A DNA stretch of 64,000 bases from assembly GCA_030652315.1 (NCBI GenBank), contig JAUSAX010000122.1, positions 2,520-66,519 of the forward strand, given 5' to 3'. Source of the stretch: Afipia sp. (GTDB lineage Bacteria; Pseudomonadota; Alphaproteobacteria; Rhizobiales; Xanthobacteraceae). Made by a program: the position numbers and the translations under genes. The stretch's first letter is position 1, and each line of letters opens with the position of its first letter. Below, piece by piece: positions 1 to 9,052 of the stretch. The notes beneath the pieces are model-generated. The model searched no databases. It was not told where the DNA came from and saw only the letters and a list, made by a program, of their open reading frames with translations.

Positions 1-218
1 AAAAGTCAGTGGCTGAAATCTCGACGTTTTTGAGCGCGACGGCAGCGATAGCCGTTGTCATCGATTTCCGCAGCGAGGGTTCAGGCATGCGAGTGCGGGA
101 GAAGCTTGAAAGGCTCGGTTTCCATATCGAAGCCGGCGTGAGATGCCACGAGCAATTTTTACTGTCGGGGCGGCGGCGAAATTTCAGCCACATGACCAAA
201 GCAGCGTGACGGCATCTC

Positions 219-1187
219 ATGACATATGCGATGAACCATCCCGCCACCTGGCTGACGGGCTACATTCCCGATCTTCCGACACCCTTCGACAGCGCCGGCG
301 AACTCGACCTCGCGGCCTTTCGGCGGCTCTGTGAACGGCAGATCGCAGCTGGCGCGACCGCGCTGGTGGTTGGCGAACTCACAGGCGAGGATTCAACGCT
401 GAGCGATGCGGAGCATTCGGTGCTTACACGCATTGCTGTTCGCACGTCACGAGGCCGCGCGGCGGTGATCGCCGGGGCAGGTTCAAACTCCACAAGTGCC
501 GCCATCGAACTGACCCAGCGGGCCGAAGCGGACGGCGCCGATGCTGTGTTGTCCGTAGCTCCGTATTACAACAAGCCGACGCAAGCGGGGCTCTACGCGC
601 ATTTCTGCGCGATCGCCGAAGCGACACGCTTGCCTATTGTCCTGCATGACGTCCCTTCCCGCACGGTTCGCGAACTGTCCGACGACACGGTTGCGCAACT
701 GTCGCAATCGGCGCAGTTCGTTGGTCTGCGAGATGCAACGGGCGATATTTCCCGTCCGCAACGGTTGCGGCCATTGACCCGGCCGGAGTTTCGACTGCTG
801 TCAGGTGACGACGCGACCGCGCCGGCATTTCTGGTGCACGGTGGAGACGGCTGCATATCGGTTACGTCGAACCTGATCCCGGATCTGTGTCAGTACCTGT
901 ATCGGTGCTGCAAGGACGACGATTTGCAGACCGCCAGAGCTTTGGCGATCGGGATCGGCCGCCTCACCGCGACGTTGCTGCGCGAGCCTCCATCCGCGTC
1001 CATCAAATACGCTCTCAGCCTGTTCGGCCTGATAACGCCGCACGTCCGCCTGCCGCTTCTAGAACTCACGGATTCTGCCAAGGAGGCGGTTACAGAAGCG
1101 ATCCGCACCGCAGACGAAGATCGAGCCCGGCATGCCTTGAAGTGCATCGAAACGTCTGATGCACAGCCCGCCAATGCCGTCCGGTGA
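219..1187 (+). CDS. DapA/DHDPS-NAL family TIM-barrel protein with substituted catalytic residues
   Basis: Family motifs PTPFD, VIAGAGSNST, PYYNKPTQ, VPSRT, SGDD and GCISVTSN are present. The Schiff-base Lys position reads R (GLRDATGD), the Tyr133 position reads H (VLHDVP), and GTTGE reads ELTGE. Confidence 0.85.
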   Translation: MTYAMNHPATWLTGYIPDLPTPFDSAGELDLAAFRRLCERQIAAGATALVVGELTGEDSTLSDAEHSVLTRIAVRTSRGRAAVIAGAGSNSTSAAIELTQRAEADGADAVLSVAPYYNKPTQAGLYAHFCAIAEATRLPIVLHDVPSRTVRELSDDTVAQLSQSAQFVGLRDATGDISRPQRLRPLTRPEFRLLSGDDATAPAFLVHGGDGCISVTSNLIPDLCQYLYRCCKDDDLQTARALAIGIGRLTATLLREPPSASIKYALSLFGLITPHVRLPLLELTDSAKEAVTEAIRTADEDRARHALKCIETSDAQPANAVR

Positions 1188-1618
1188 ACGTCGTGACTGT
1201 TGCGTGTCTTCCTATCGACGATCGTGACGACAGGACAATCAGGGCATGGTTATTGGCGCTGCTGCGGTACGCGATCACGCTGGACGACGAGGATCGGCTT
1301 GTGGCGCTGGCTGCAGCCTCCGAGATCGACAAGTCGGGCACACGGCAATCCGGTGACTTCCGTTTCTTTCATCGTACCAGCGCCAGGCTTTGCGAGGCAG
1401 TAGCAAACCCCAGCGATGGCAATACAGACGTCTTGCGCTGCCATCTGAACCGGATGAGCGACCAGCGCATGAAACGAGCCTTCGCCGCCGTTCTCAATTT
1501 GGATCTGGATCAAACCATCACCGAGCCCGCGGCGCGAGCGCCGCGAGGGCCGGAACGGCACGATTTGTGGAAGGGCTTGAAGCCTAAACCTGTGCACCAA
1601 AGAATTCAAAGAGGATAA
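1184..1618 (+). CDS. hypothetical protein, translationally coupled to the DapA-like gene
   Basis: 144-aa ORF with a GTGA start/stop overlap and helical amphipathic composition; no recognisable motif. Confidence 0.6.
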   Translation: MNVVTVACLPIDDRDDRTIRAWLLALLRYAITLDDEDRLVALAAASEIDKSGTRQSGDFRFFHRTSARLCEAVANPSDGNTDVLRCHLNRMSDQRMKRAFAAVLNLDLDQTITEPAARAPRGPERHDLWKGLKPKPVHQRIQRG

Positions 1619-1862
1619 AATACAATATAATTCAATAGTTTATTGATTTATCTCGAATTTGAACATTAGATAACTAAAGTAATTTGTAAGAAGTTCTCGC
1701 CGCGTCGTTGCAGTATGCGATCTGCGCGCTGCCATTCACCGCAAGCGCGGCCCGGCGCGATCATTGACCGGAAATGTCGCCACTGTAGAACCAGATGCAA
1801 ATGCCCGCCGGCTTTGCGAGTTTGGGAACGGCAAACGGCAGCAGCACCGGGAGGTCCGAACC

Positions 1863-3509
1863 ATGAGCAGCCAAGGCCAGTACAGCATCGGTCTGGAAAA
1901 GAACGCCGCCAACTACGTCCCGCTGTCGCCGCTGAGCTTCCTCGTCCGCAGCGCCAGCGTCTATCCGGATCATACCAGCGCCATCTATGAAGGCCGCAGC
2001 TTCACCTGGGCGCAGACCTATGAGCGCTGCAAGCGCTTCGCGTCGTTTCTCGCCCGGCGCGGTATCCAGCGCGGCGACACCGTCGCAGCCATGCTGCCGA
2101 ACATTCCGGCCATGAACGAGGTCCATTTCGCCGTGCCGATGGCCGGCGGCGTGCTCAACGCGCTCAATATCCGGCTCGATGCAGCCTCGATCGCGTTCCA
2201 GCTCGACCACGGCGGCGCCAAAATCATTCTGGTCGATCCCGAATTTACCGGCGTGATCTCCGACGCGCTTGGTCTCATGAAGGGTCCGAAGCCGTTGGTG
2301 ATCGATGTCGATGACGCAACGTTCCCCGGAGGCAAGCGCATCGGCGAGCTCGAATATGAAGCGGCAGTCGCGTCCGGCGATCCTGAGTTCGTGTGGCTGC
2401 AGCCGCTGGATGAATGGGACGCCATTGCGCTGGGGTATACGTCCGGCACCACGGGCAATCCCAAGGGTGTCGTGACGCATTATCGCGGCGCGTATCTCAA
2501 CGCAGTCAGCAATATCCTTGCGGGCAATCTGGGCACGCACCCGATCTATCTCTGGACGCTGCCGATGTTCCATTGCAACGGCTGGTGTTTCCCGTGGACC
2601 ATCGCGGCATCGGCCGGAATCAACATCTGCCTGCGCAAGGTCGATCCGGCCAGGATCTTCGAGCTGATCAAGGCCCATGGCGTGACCCACATGTGCGGCG
2701 CGCCGATTGTGTTCAATACGCTGATCAACGCGCCCAGTGCACCCAAAGGCAAGCCCACAAAGCCGGTCGTCGGATTGATCGCAGGCGCAGCACCGCCCGT
2801 AGCCGTGCTCGAGGGCGCGGAAAACATCGGGATCAAGCTGACCCACGTCTATGGTCTGACCGAGGTTTACGGCCCCGCCTCCGTGTGCGCCGAACAGCCC
2901 GGCTGGGATGACCTGCCGGCGGACCAGCGCGCGCAACTCAAGCGCCGTCAGGGAGTGCCCTATCCGCTTGAGGAAGCCGTCACGGTGCTCGATCCGGAAA
3001 CGATGCAGCCGGTGCCGCGCGATGGCGAGACCATCGGCGAGGTCATGATCCGCGGCAACATCGTCATGAAGGGCTACCTGAAGAACGAAAAAGCAACCAA
3101 GGAAGCGTTCGAAGGTGGCTGGTTTCACACCGGCGATCTCGGCGTGCTCGATGAGTTCGGTTACGTCATCATCAAGGACCGCTCCAAGGACATTATCATC
3201 TCGGGCGGCGAGAACATCTCGTCGGTCGAGGTTGAAGACGTCCTTTACAAGCACCCGGCAATTCTCTTTGCCGCGGTGGTCGCCAAGCCGGACCCCAAAT
3301 GGGGCGAGGTGCCCTGCGCCTTCGTCGAACTGAAGGAAGGCGCGACCGCGACTGAGGCTGAAATCCTGGCTTACTGCAAAAGCGTATTGCCGGGATTCAA
3401 ATCGCCGAAGTCCGTGGTGTTCGGCGCGATTCCGAAAACATCGACCGGCAAGATCCAGAAGTTCATGCTGCGCGATCAGGCAAATTCCGCGAAGGCGATT
3501 TCGGCGTAA
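1863..3509 (+). CDS. acyl-CoA synthetase (AMP-binding, ANL superfamily)
   Basis: YTSGTTGNPKG, YGLTE, FHTGDL, DRSKDIIISGGEN and PKTSTGKIQK motifs. Start moved to the ATG at 1863 (MSSQGQY), which follows GGAGG. Confidence 0.92.
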   Translation: MSSQGQYSIGLEKNAANYVPLSPLSFLVRSASVYPDHTSAIYEGRSFTWAQTYERCKRFASFLARRGIQRGDTVAAMLPNIPAMNEVHFAVPMAGGVLNALNIRLDAASIAFQLDHGGAKIILVDPEFTGVISDALGLMKGPKPLVIDVDDATFPGGKRIGELEYEAAVASGDPEFVWLQPLDEWDAIALGYTSGTTGNPKGVVTHYRGAYLNAVSNILAGNLGTHPIYLWTLPMFHCNGWCFPWTIAASAGINICLRKVDPARIFELIKAHGVTHMCGAPIVFNTLINAPSAPKGKPTKPVVGLIAGAAPPVAVLEGAENIGIKLTHVYGLTEVYGPASVCAEQPGWDDLPADQRAQLKRRQGVPYPLEEAVTVLDPETMQPVPRDGETIGEVMIRGNIVMKGYLKNEKATKEAFEGGWFHTGDLGVLDEFGYVIIKDRSKDIIISGGENISSVEVEDVLYKHPAILFAAVVAKPDPKWGEVPCAFVELKEGATATEAEILAYCKSVLPGFKSPKSVVFGAIPKTSTGKIQKFMLRDQANSAKAISA

Positions 3510-3540
3510 GCGCTTCGGGTAATCGGTTGCTATCCATCGT

Positions 3541-3630
3541 CGTCATGGCCGGGTCTGTCCCGGCCATCCACGTCTTTGATATGCGTTAGCAAGGAAGGCG
3601 TGGATACCCGGCACAAGGCCGGGCATGACG
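3541..3630. repeat. CGTC-tagged REP-like palindromic doublet, family A (GTCATGGCCGGG...CCCGGCCATCCAC / GTGGAT.CCCGGCACAAGGCCGGGCATGAC)
   Basis: Inverted arms between convergent genes; related copies at 37983, 53919 and 58867. Confidence 0.85.
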
Positions 3631-3644
3631 GTTGCGGATTTAGG

Positions 3645-4445
3645 CTAAGCGTCCACCGTCAGCCGCATGCCGTCGTAGCCCGCCTCGATACCGGGCGGCA
3701 ATTTTGCCTGCAGCACGTCATAGTCGAGGTCGGAATGCAGGTTCGTCAAGACCGCGCGGCGCGGCTTGAACTTCGCGATCCATGAGAGCGCATCGTCGAG
3801 ACTGAAATGACTCGGATGCGGCGCGTAGCGCAGCGCATCGATGATCCACAGATCGAGATTTTCCAGTGCGTGAAAGCTCTCGGGCGGAATGTCGTGAAGA
3901 TCCGGCGTGTAGGCTGCGTCGCCGATGCGATAGCCGAGCGCCGGGATATTGCCGTGCTGAACCAGAAATGCGGTCAGGGCGAGGGAACCACCCTTCCCCT
4001 CGATGCTCTGCGTTTCGCCGGCCTCGATCGATCTCTTCTCGAGGATTGCCGGATAATCGCTGCCCGGCGCCTGCTCGAAGCAGTATGAGAAGCGCAGCAG
4101 GATATCCTTGCCGGTCGACTTGTTGAGATAGACCGGAATCCGCTTGCGCTGATGCAGCACCACGGAGCGCAGATCGTCGATGCCGTGGGTCTGGTCGGCA
4201 TGCTCGTGGGTCAGGAACGTCGCTTCCAGATGATCCACGTTGGCGTCGATCAACTGCTCGCGCAGGTCCGGCGACGTGTCGATCAGCACGCGGGTGATGC
4301 CGTTCACACCCGCTTTCTCGGCCAACAGCGAACAGCGGCGGCGGCGATTTTTCGGATTGTTGGGATCGCAGGCGCCCCACCCCAGCGCGGGACGCGGCAC
4401 GCCGGCGGACGATCCGGAGCCGAGAATGGTCAAGGTGACCGTCAT
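3645..4445 (-). CDS. metallo-beta-lactamase fold hydrolase, PhnP/YcfH-neighbour type
   Basis: LGSGSSAGVP, THEHADQTHG and YTPD motifs; usual position after tatD. Confidence 0.9.
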   Translation of the reverse strand: MTVTLTILGSGSSAGVPRPALGWGACDPNNPKNRRRRCSLLAEKAGVNGITRVLIDTSPDLREQLIDANVDHLEATFLTHEHADQTHGIDDLRSVVLHQRKRIPVYLNKSTGKDILLRFSYCFEQAPGSDYPAILEKRSIEAGETQSIEGKGGSLALTAFLVQHGNIPALGYRIGDAAYTPDLHDIPPESFHALENLDLWIIDALRYAPHPSHFSLDDALSWIAKFKPRRAVLTNLHSDLDYDVLQAKLPPGIEAGYDGMRLTVDA

Positions 4446-5236
4446 GCAGCTTTTGCGTCCGGGCGCGGCACCTTGTCGAACAGCCGGAAGAAGTTTTCCG
4501 TGGTCTGCTGCGTGATCTCGTCGAGCGAGACGCCGCGCGTTTCGGCCAGCACCCTCGCGGTCTCAACTACGAACGACGGCTCGTTGCGCTTGCCGCGGAA
4601 TTTCCCCGGAGCAAGATACGGTGCGTCGGTCTCGACCATGATCCGGTCCGCAGGCAGCTCAGCAGCGATGTCGCGGATCGCCTGCGAATTCTTGAACGTC
4701 AGGATGCCGGTGAAGGAAACCGACAGTCCGAGCGAGACAGCCTTCATCGCCAGTTCGCGGCCGCCGGTGTAGCAATGTAGCACAGCCTTGAACGACCCTT
4801 TCGCAATCTCGTCTTCGAGGATGCGGCCGCAAGCTTCGTCAGCCTCGCGGGTGTGGATTACCAAGGGCAATCCCGTCATTCGCGCCGCCGCGATGTGAGC
4901 GCGAAAGCCCCGCTCCTGCGCCTCCGGCGATCCGTCCTTGTAGAAATTGTCCAGCCCCGCCTCGCCCAGCGCCACCACCTTCGGATGTTTCGTCAGCGCG
5001 ATCAGTTCGTCCGAGGTGATGCCGTCTTCTTCGTCGGCGTTATGCGGATGCGTGCCGACCGAACAATAGACGTTCGGAAACCTCGCTGTAATCGCCAGTA
5101 ACGATTCAATCCGGCGCACGCGCGTCGAGATCGTGACGATGCGCCCGATTCCCGCGGCCTCGGCGCGCGCGACAATAGCGTCGAGATCGTCGGCGAAGTC
5201 GGGGAAATCGAGGTGGCAATGACTATCGACAAGCAT
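4442..5236 (-). CDS. tatD: TatD family hydrolase
   Basis: DSHCHLD, GTHPH, GEAGLD, VIHTR, LHCY and ETDAPYL motifs. True start is MLVDSH at 5236; the longer ORF overlaps metG. Confidence 0.92.
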   Translation of the reverse strand: MLVDSHCHLDFPDFADDLDAIVARAEAAGIGRIVTISTRVRRIESLLAITARFPNVYCSVGTHPHNADEEDGITSDELIALTKHPKVVALGEAGLDNFYKDGSPEAQERGFRAHIAAARMTGLPLVIHTREADEACGRILEDEIAKGSFKAVLHCYTGGRELAMKAVSLGLSVSFTGILTFKNSQAIRDIAAELPADRIMVETDAPYLAPGKFRGKRNEPSFVVETARVLAETRGVSLDEITQQTTENFFRLFDKVPRPDAKAA

Positions 5237-5241
5237 CAGGC

Positions 5242-7206
5242 TTAACCCGGCACATCTTCTTTGGGTTCGACATAACGCGGAAAGATCGGCGCGGGCGGCG
5301 GCAATTGCGTGCCGCCCTTGATCCGCGTGCCGAGTGCCGCGAAGTCCCGCGCGTCCGGCGTGATACCGAGAATATCGAGCAGCTTGGCGCACGCATCCGG
5401 CATCGCGGGCTGTGCGAGGATCGCAATCTGCCGCACAACCTCGGCGGTGACATACAGCACCGTCTGCTGGCGCGCGGGATCGGTCTTGCCGAGTGCCCAT
5501 GGCGCCTCACCCGCGAAATAGCGGTTGGCTTCGGCCACCACGGCCCAGATCGCATTGAGCGCGTGATGAATCTGCTGCGTGCTCATGGCGGTGCGCGCCT
5601 GTTCGAGCATGCCGTCCGCCATCGCGAGGATGGCGTTGTCGTTGTCGCTGAAAGCGCCCGGCTCCGGCAATACGCCCTGATACTGCTTGCCGATCATCGA
5701 CAGCGAACGCTGCGCCAGATTGCCGAGATCGTTGGCGAGGTCCGCATTGGTGCGCGCGACGATGGCTTCGTGGTTGTAGTTGCCATCCTGACCGAACGGC
5801 ACTTCGCGGAGGAAGAAGTAGCGAAGCTGATCGACGCCGTACGCATCCGCCAGACTGAACGGATCGACCACGTTGCCAACCGACTTCGACATTTTCTCGC
5901 CGCGGTTGAACAGGAAGCCGTGTGCGAACACGCGCTTCTGCACAGGAATACCCGCCGACATCAGGAATGCCGGCCAGTACACCGCATGAAAACGGATGAT
6001 GTCCTTGCCGATGATGTGAAGGTCTGCCGGCCAGTAGTGCCAGTTTGCGTCGCTCTCGTCGGGGAAACCCACACCGGTGATGTAGTTGGTCAGCGCATCG
6101 ACCCAGACATACATCACGTGTTCTTCGTCGTCCGGCACCTTCACGCCCCAGTCGAACGTGGTGCGCGAAATCGACAGATCCTTCAGCCCGCCTTTGACGA
6201 AGCTGATGACTTCGTTCTTGCGGGAGTCCGGGCCGATGAAGTCCGGCTGGTTCTCGTAAAGCGCGAGCAGTTTGTCCTGATAGGCGGAAAGTTTGAAGAA
6301 ATAGCTCTTCTCCTCGACCCATTCCACCGGCGTGCCTTGCGGGCCGCGACGAACCTGGTCTTCGCCGACAACGGTTTCGTCCTCGGCGTAATAGGCTTCG
6401 TCGCGCACGGAATACCAGCCGGCGTAGCTGTCGAGGTAGATGTCGTCGTTCGTCGTCATCCGCTTCCAGATTTCCTGCGTCGCCTGATGATGCACGGACT
6501 CTGATGTGCGAATGAAACGGTCGTAGGAAACATTCAGACGCTGATCCATCTCCATGAAACGCGCGGCGTTGCGCGTCGCAAGATCCATCGGCGTCATGTT
6601 TTCCTTCTGCGCTGTCTGGACCATCTTCTGACCGTGCTCGTCGGTGCCGGTGAGGAAGAACACATCCTTGCCGTCGAGACGCTGGAAGCGCGCGAGTGCA
6701 TCGGTCGCAATCGCTTCATAGGCGTGGCCGATGTGCGGAGCACCGTTCGGGTAAGCGATCGCGGTCGTGATGTAGAACGAATTCTTCGAGCGTGCGCTTG
6801 CGACACTCTGCGGAACGGCTGTTACTTTCAGCTTCGCTGGTTTTGCCGGTGCTTTCTTTGTCACCTGCGTTGCAGGTTGCGCCGTTTTCTCGGTGACTTG
6901 CTCAGCAGGCTTCTTTGTAACGGACTTTTTGACGTTGCTCTTCTTGGCTCCGGTCTTTTTGGCTGCAGCCTTCTTGCCGGCACGCTTTGTGGCGGCTTTC
7001 TTCGCAACCTTCTTGGCTGTTTTCTTGACGGCTTTCTTTGCGGTTTTCTTTACGACTTTCTTGGCCGCTTTTTTTGCCGCCTTTTTGGCGTCCGCCTTGC
7101 GTCCCTTTTTATTCGGAGAAACCTTCGCGCGCCGGGACGCTACTTTGCCAGCCGTTTTGACTGCTTTCTTTTTCTTCTTCGCGGCGGTTTTCTTGGCTTT
7201 GGCCAT
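5242..7206 (-). CDS. metG: methionine--tRNA ligase with a 141-aa Lys/Ala-rich N-terminal extension
   Basis: [17 protein letters not shown] (HIGH), FLTGTDEHG and KMSKS motifs; AAGGAAG SD before the ATG at 7206. Confidence 0.96.
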   Translation of the reverse strand: MAKAKKTAAKKKKKAVKTAGKVASRRAKVSPNKKGRKADAKKAAKKAAKKVVKKTAKKAVKKTAKKVAKKAATKRAGKKAAAKKTGAKKSNVKKSVTKKPAEQVTEKTAQPATQVTKKAPAKPAKLKVTAVPQSVASARSKNSFYITTAIAYPNGAPHIGHAYEAIATDALARFQRLDGKDVFFLTGTDEHGQKMVQTAQKENMTPMDLATRNAARFMEMDQRLNVSYDRFIRTSESVHHQATQEIWKRMTTNDDIYLDSYAGWYSVRDEAYYAEDETVVGEDQVRRGPQGTPVEWVEEKSYFFKLSAYQDKLLALYENQPDFIGPDSRKNEVISFVKGGLKDLSISRTTFDWGVKVPDDEEHVMYVWVDALTNYITGVGFPDESDANWHYWPADLHIIGKDIIRFHAVYWPAFLMSAGIPVQKRVFAHGFLFNRGEKMSKSVGNVVDPFSLADAYGVDQLRYFFLREVPFGQDGNYNHEAIVARTNADLANDLGNLAQRSLSMIGKQYQGVLPEPGAFSDNDNAILAMADGMLEQARTAMSTQQIHHALNAIWAVVAEANRYFAGEAPWALGKTDPARQQTVLYVTAEVVRQIAILAQPAMPDACAKLLDILGITPDARDFAALGTRIKGGTQLPPPAPIFPRYVEPKEDVPG

Positions 7207-7300
7207 TACGCTTCCTTAGAATTTCAAACGGCGCCGACGTGTGCGCGATCACTCAAACGGGGTGCTGCTAAACGCTGCGCAAAATCATTGTGGTGTCCAG

Positions 7301-8362
7301 TTAGCGAGCCTGCGGGCGGGCCGCGGTGGCTTCGGCGAGCATGCCAAATACTGAGAAAACCAACGGTTTCCGCTCCAGATTGAAGCTTTCCGTGTCGCGC
7401 GCGGCACTGTTGATCTTTTCCCATACCTCGGCAAGCCGTGCAAGGCGCGGCAGATTTGCGCCAGCATCCGGCGCATGAAGGTGCCCCGTCAGCCACCGGT
7501 CGATGGTGTCGACAAAGGCCTTCAATCCGACTCGGTCATTGAGCGGAAGCGCGTCACCGAGGGCATGAAGCGCGCGCGGATCGAGTTGCGGCAGGCGGTT
7601 GAGGAGTTCAAGCGTGCGCTGGTGAAGCCCCAGCGATTGCCCGCCGAGCAGCGTCAGCGCGCGCGCCACACTTCCCTCTGCCGCATCGGCCGCCTCGACC
7701 AGTGCCGGATCACGGCGAGTTAACCCGCCTGCCTCAGCCGCAGCATGAATCACGTCGTCCGTCTCCAGCGGCCGCAACGGCAGTTTCCGGCACCGCGACT
7801 GAATGGTGGCGAGCACGCGGGCCGGTGCGTGACTGATCAGCAGGAACAGCGAACGCGCCGGCGGTTCTTCGAGGATCTTCAGCAGTGCGTTGGATGCGTT
7901 GGCGTTGAGTTCATCAACGGTATCGACCACGCAGACGCGCCAGCCCCCGACGGATGCCGCGGTCGAACCGAAAAATCCGATGGTCTCGCGCGACTCGTCC
8001 ACTGTGATGACGGTCCGCATCGTGCCCTTCTCGTTCGCGGTGCGCTCCAGCGTCAGCAAACCGCCGTGACTTCCGTTTGCGACCTGTCGCGCCACCGGAT
8101 GTTCCTGATCGACATAGAGACTGTCGGCGCTCTGAACGGCCTGCGCCGCAGGATCGGAATGGGCGAGCACGAACCGCGCCATGCGATAGGCCAGCGTTGC
8201 CTTGCCGATGCCCTGCGCACCGCCGATCAGCCACGCATGGGGAATACGTCCGCTGCGATAGGCCGTCAGCAACGTCTGCTCGGCGTCACGATGACCGAAC
8301 AGCGCGGTTGTTTCACGCGGCGCGGGAACGGCAGCCTCTGGTTCGGATGACTTCGCGCTCAT
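7301..8362 (-). CDS. holB: DNA polymerase III subunit delta-prime
   Basis: HAWLIGGAQGIGKATLA, NALLKILEEPP and TIQSRC motifs; ATGA overlap with tmk. Confidence 0.92.
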   Translation of the reverse strand: MSAKSSEPEAAVPAPRETTALFGHRDAEQTLLTAYRSGRIPHAWLIGGAQGIGKATLAYRMARFVLAHSDPAAQAVQSADSLYVDQEHPVARQVANGSHGGLLTLERTANEKGTMRTVITVDESRETIGFFGSTAASVGGWRVCVVDTVDELNANASNALLKILEEPPARSLFLLISHAPARVLATIQSRCRKLPLRPLETDDVIHAAAEAGGLTRRDPALVEAADAAEGSVARALTLLGGQSLGLHQRTLELLNRLPQLDPRALHALGDALPLNDRVGLKAFVDTIDRWLTGHLHAPDAGANLPRLARLAEVWEKINSAARDTESFNLERKPLVFSVFGMLAEATAARPQAR

Positions 8363-9051
8363 GCCTTGGTGGTCTCGCGAACAGTGGCCACGGTGAACAG
8401 ATGATCGCGCAATGCTTTCCATATCCGCTCGGCGACGGTCTTGGCATCGGCATTGGCATCCACCAGCGCACAGCGCTGCGGATCGCCTTCGGCGATCTTG
8501 CGATAGGCATCGCGCAGTTTCTCGTGAAAGCTCACGCCCTCGCCCTCGAAACGATCCGGCACCGCCGTCCCGCGCCGCTTGAGCGCTCGCTCCATGCCGA
8601 TCGCAACGGGCACGTCCAGAATGATCGTGAGGTCTGGCTTGAGATCGCCGATGGTGACGCGCTCCATCGCCCGGATCAGTTTCGGATCGACCTTCCCCAA
8701 TTCGCCCTGATAGACGCGCGTGGAATCCGTGAAGCGGTCGCACAGCACCCATGTTCCCTGCGCAAGCGCCGGCTCGATCACCTGACTGACGTGGTCGTCG
8801 CGCGCGGCAGCGAACAGCAGGGATTCCGTCTCGGGGCCGAACGCCTTCGCCATGCCTGAGAGCAACAAGTGCCGGATGATTTCCGCGCCGGCCGAGCCGC
8901 CGGGCTCGCGCGTCGTAATGGTCCGCAGCTTGGCGGCATTCAGCCGATCCGCCAGCAGTTGAATCTGCGTTGATTTGCCGGAGCCCTCACCGCCTTCAAA
9001 GGTGATGAAGCGCCCGCGCGGCGGCTGTTTCGGTTTAACGGCGTCAGACAT
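8359..9051 (-). CDS. tmk: thymidylate kinase
   Basis: FITFEGGEGSGKST, TREPGG and CDRF motifs; start MSDAVK at 9051. Confidence 0.95.
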   Translation of the reverse strand: MSDAVKPKQPPRGRFITFEGGEGSGKSTQIQLLADRLNAAKLRTITTREPGGSAGAEIIRHLLLSGMAKAFGPETESLLFAAARDDHVSQVIEPALAQGTWVLCDRFTDSTRVYQGELGKVDPKLIRAMERVTIGDLKPDLTIILDVPVAIGMERALKRRGTAVPDRFEGEGVSFHEKLRDAYRKIAEGDPQRCALVDANADAKTVAERIWKALRDHLFTVATVRETTKA

Positions 9052-9052
9052 A

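Noticed and set aside
1-88. Open minus-strand frame from the ATG at 88 running off the left edge (MPEPSLRKSMTTAIAAVALK...)
   Set aside because: Only 29 codons visible, no clear SD or motif; cannot be called
1761-3254. 497-aa minus-strand ORF
   Set aside because: Antisense shadow of the acyl-CoA synthetase, typical of high-GC codon bias
5237-5500. N-terminal extension of the TatD ORF in the track (also the holB and tmk extensions)
   Set aside because: Overlaps the upstream gene; the family start motifs begin at 5236, 8362 and 9051
5305-6504. 399-aa plus-strand ORF
   Set aside because: Antisense shadow of metG
6900-7200. Periodic TTCTT/GGC pattern as a possible CRISPR or DNA satellite
   Set aside because: Explained by xxKK codons of the MetG tail; no constant repeat with unique spacers
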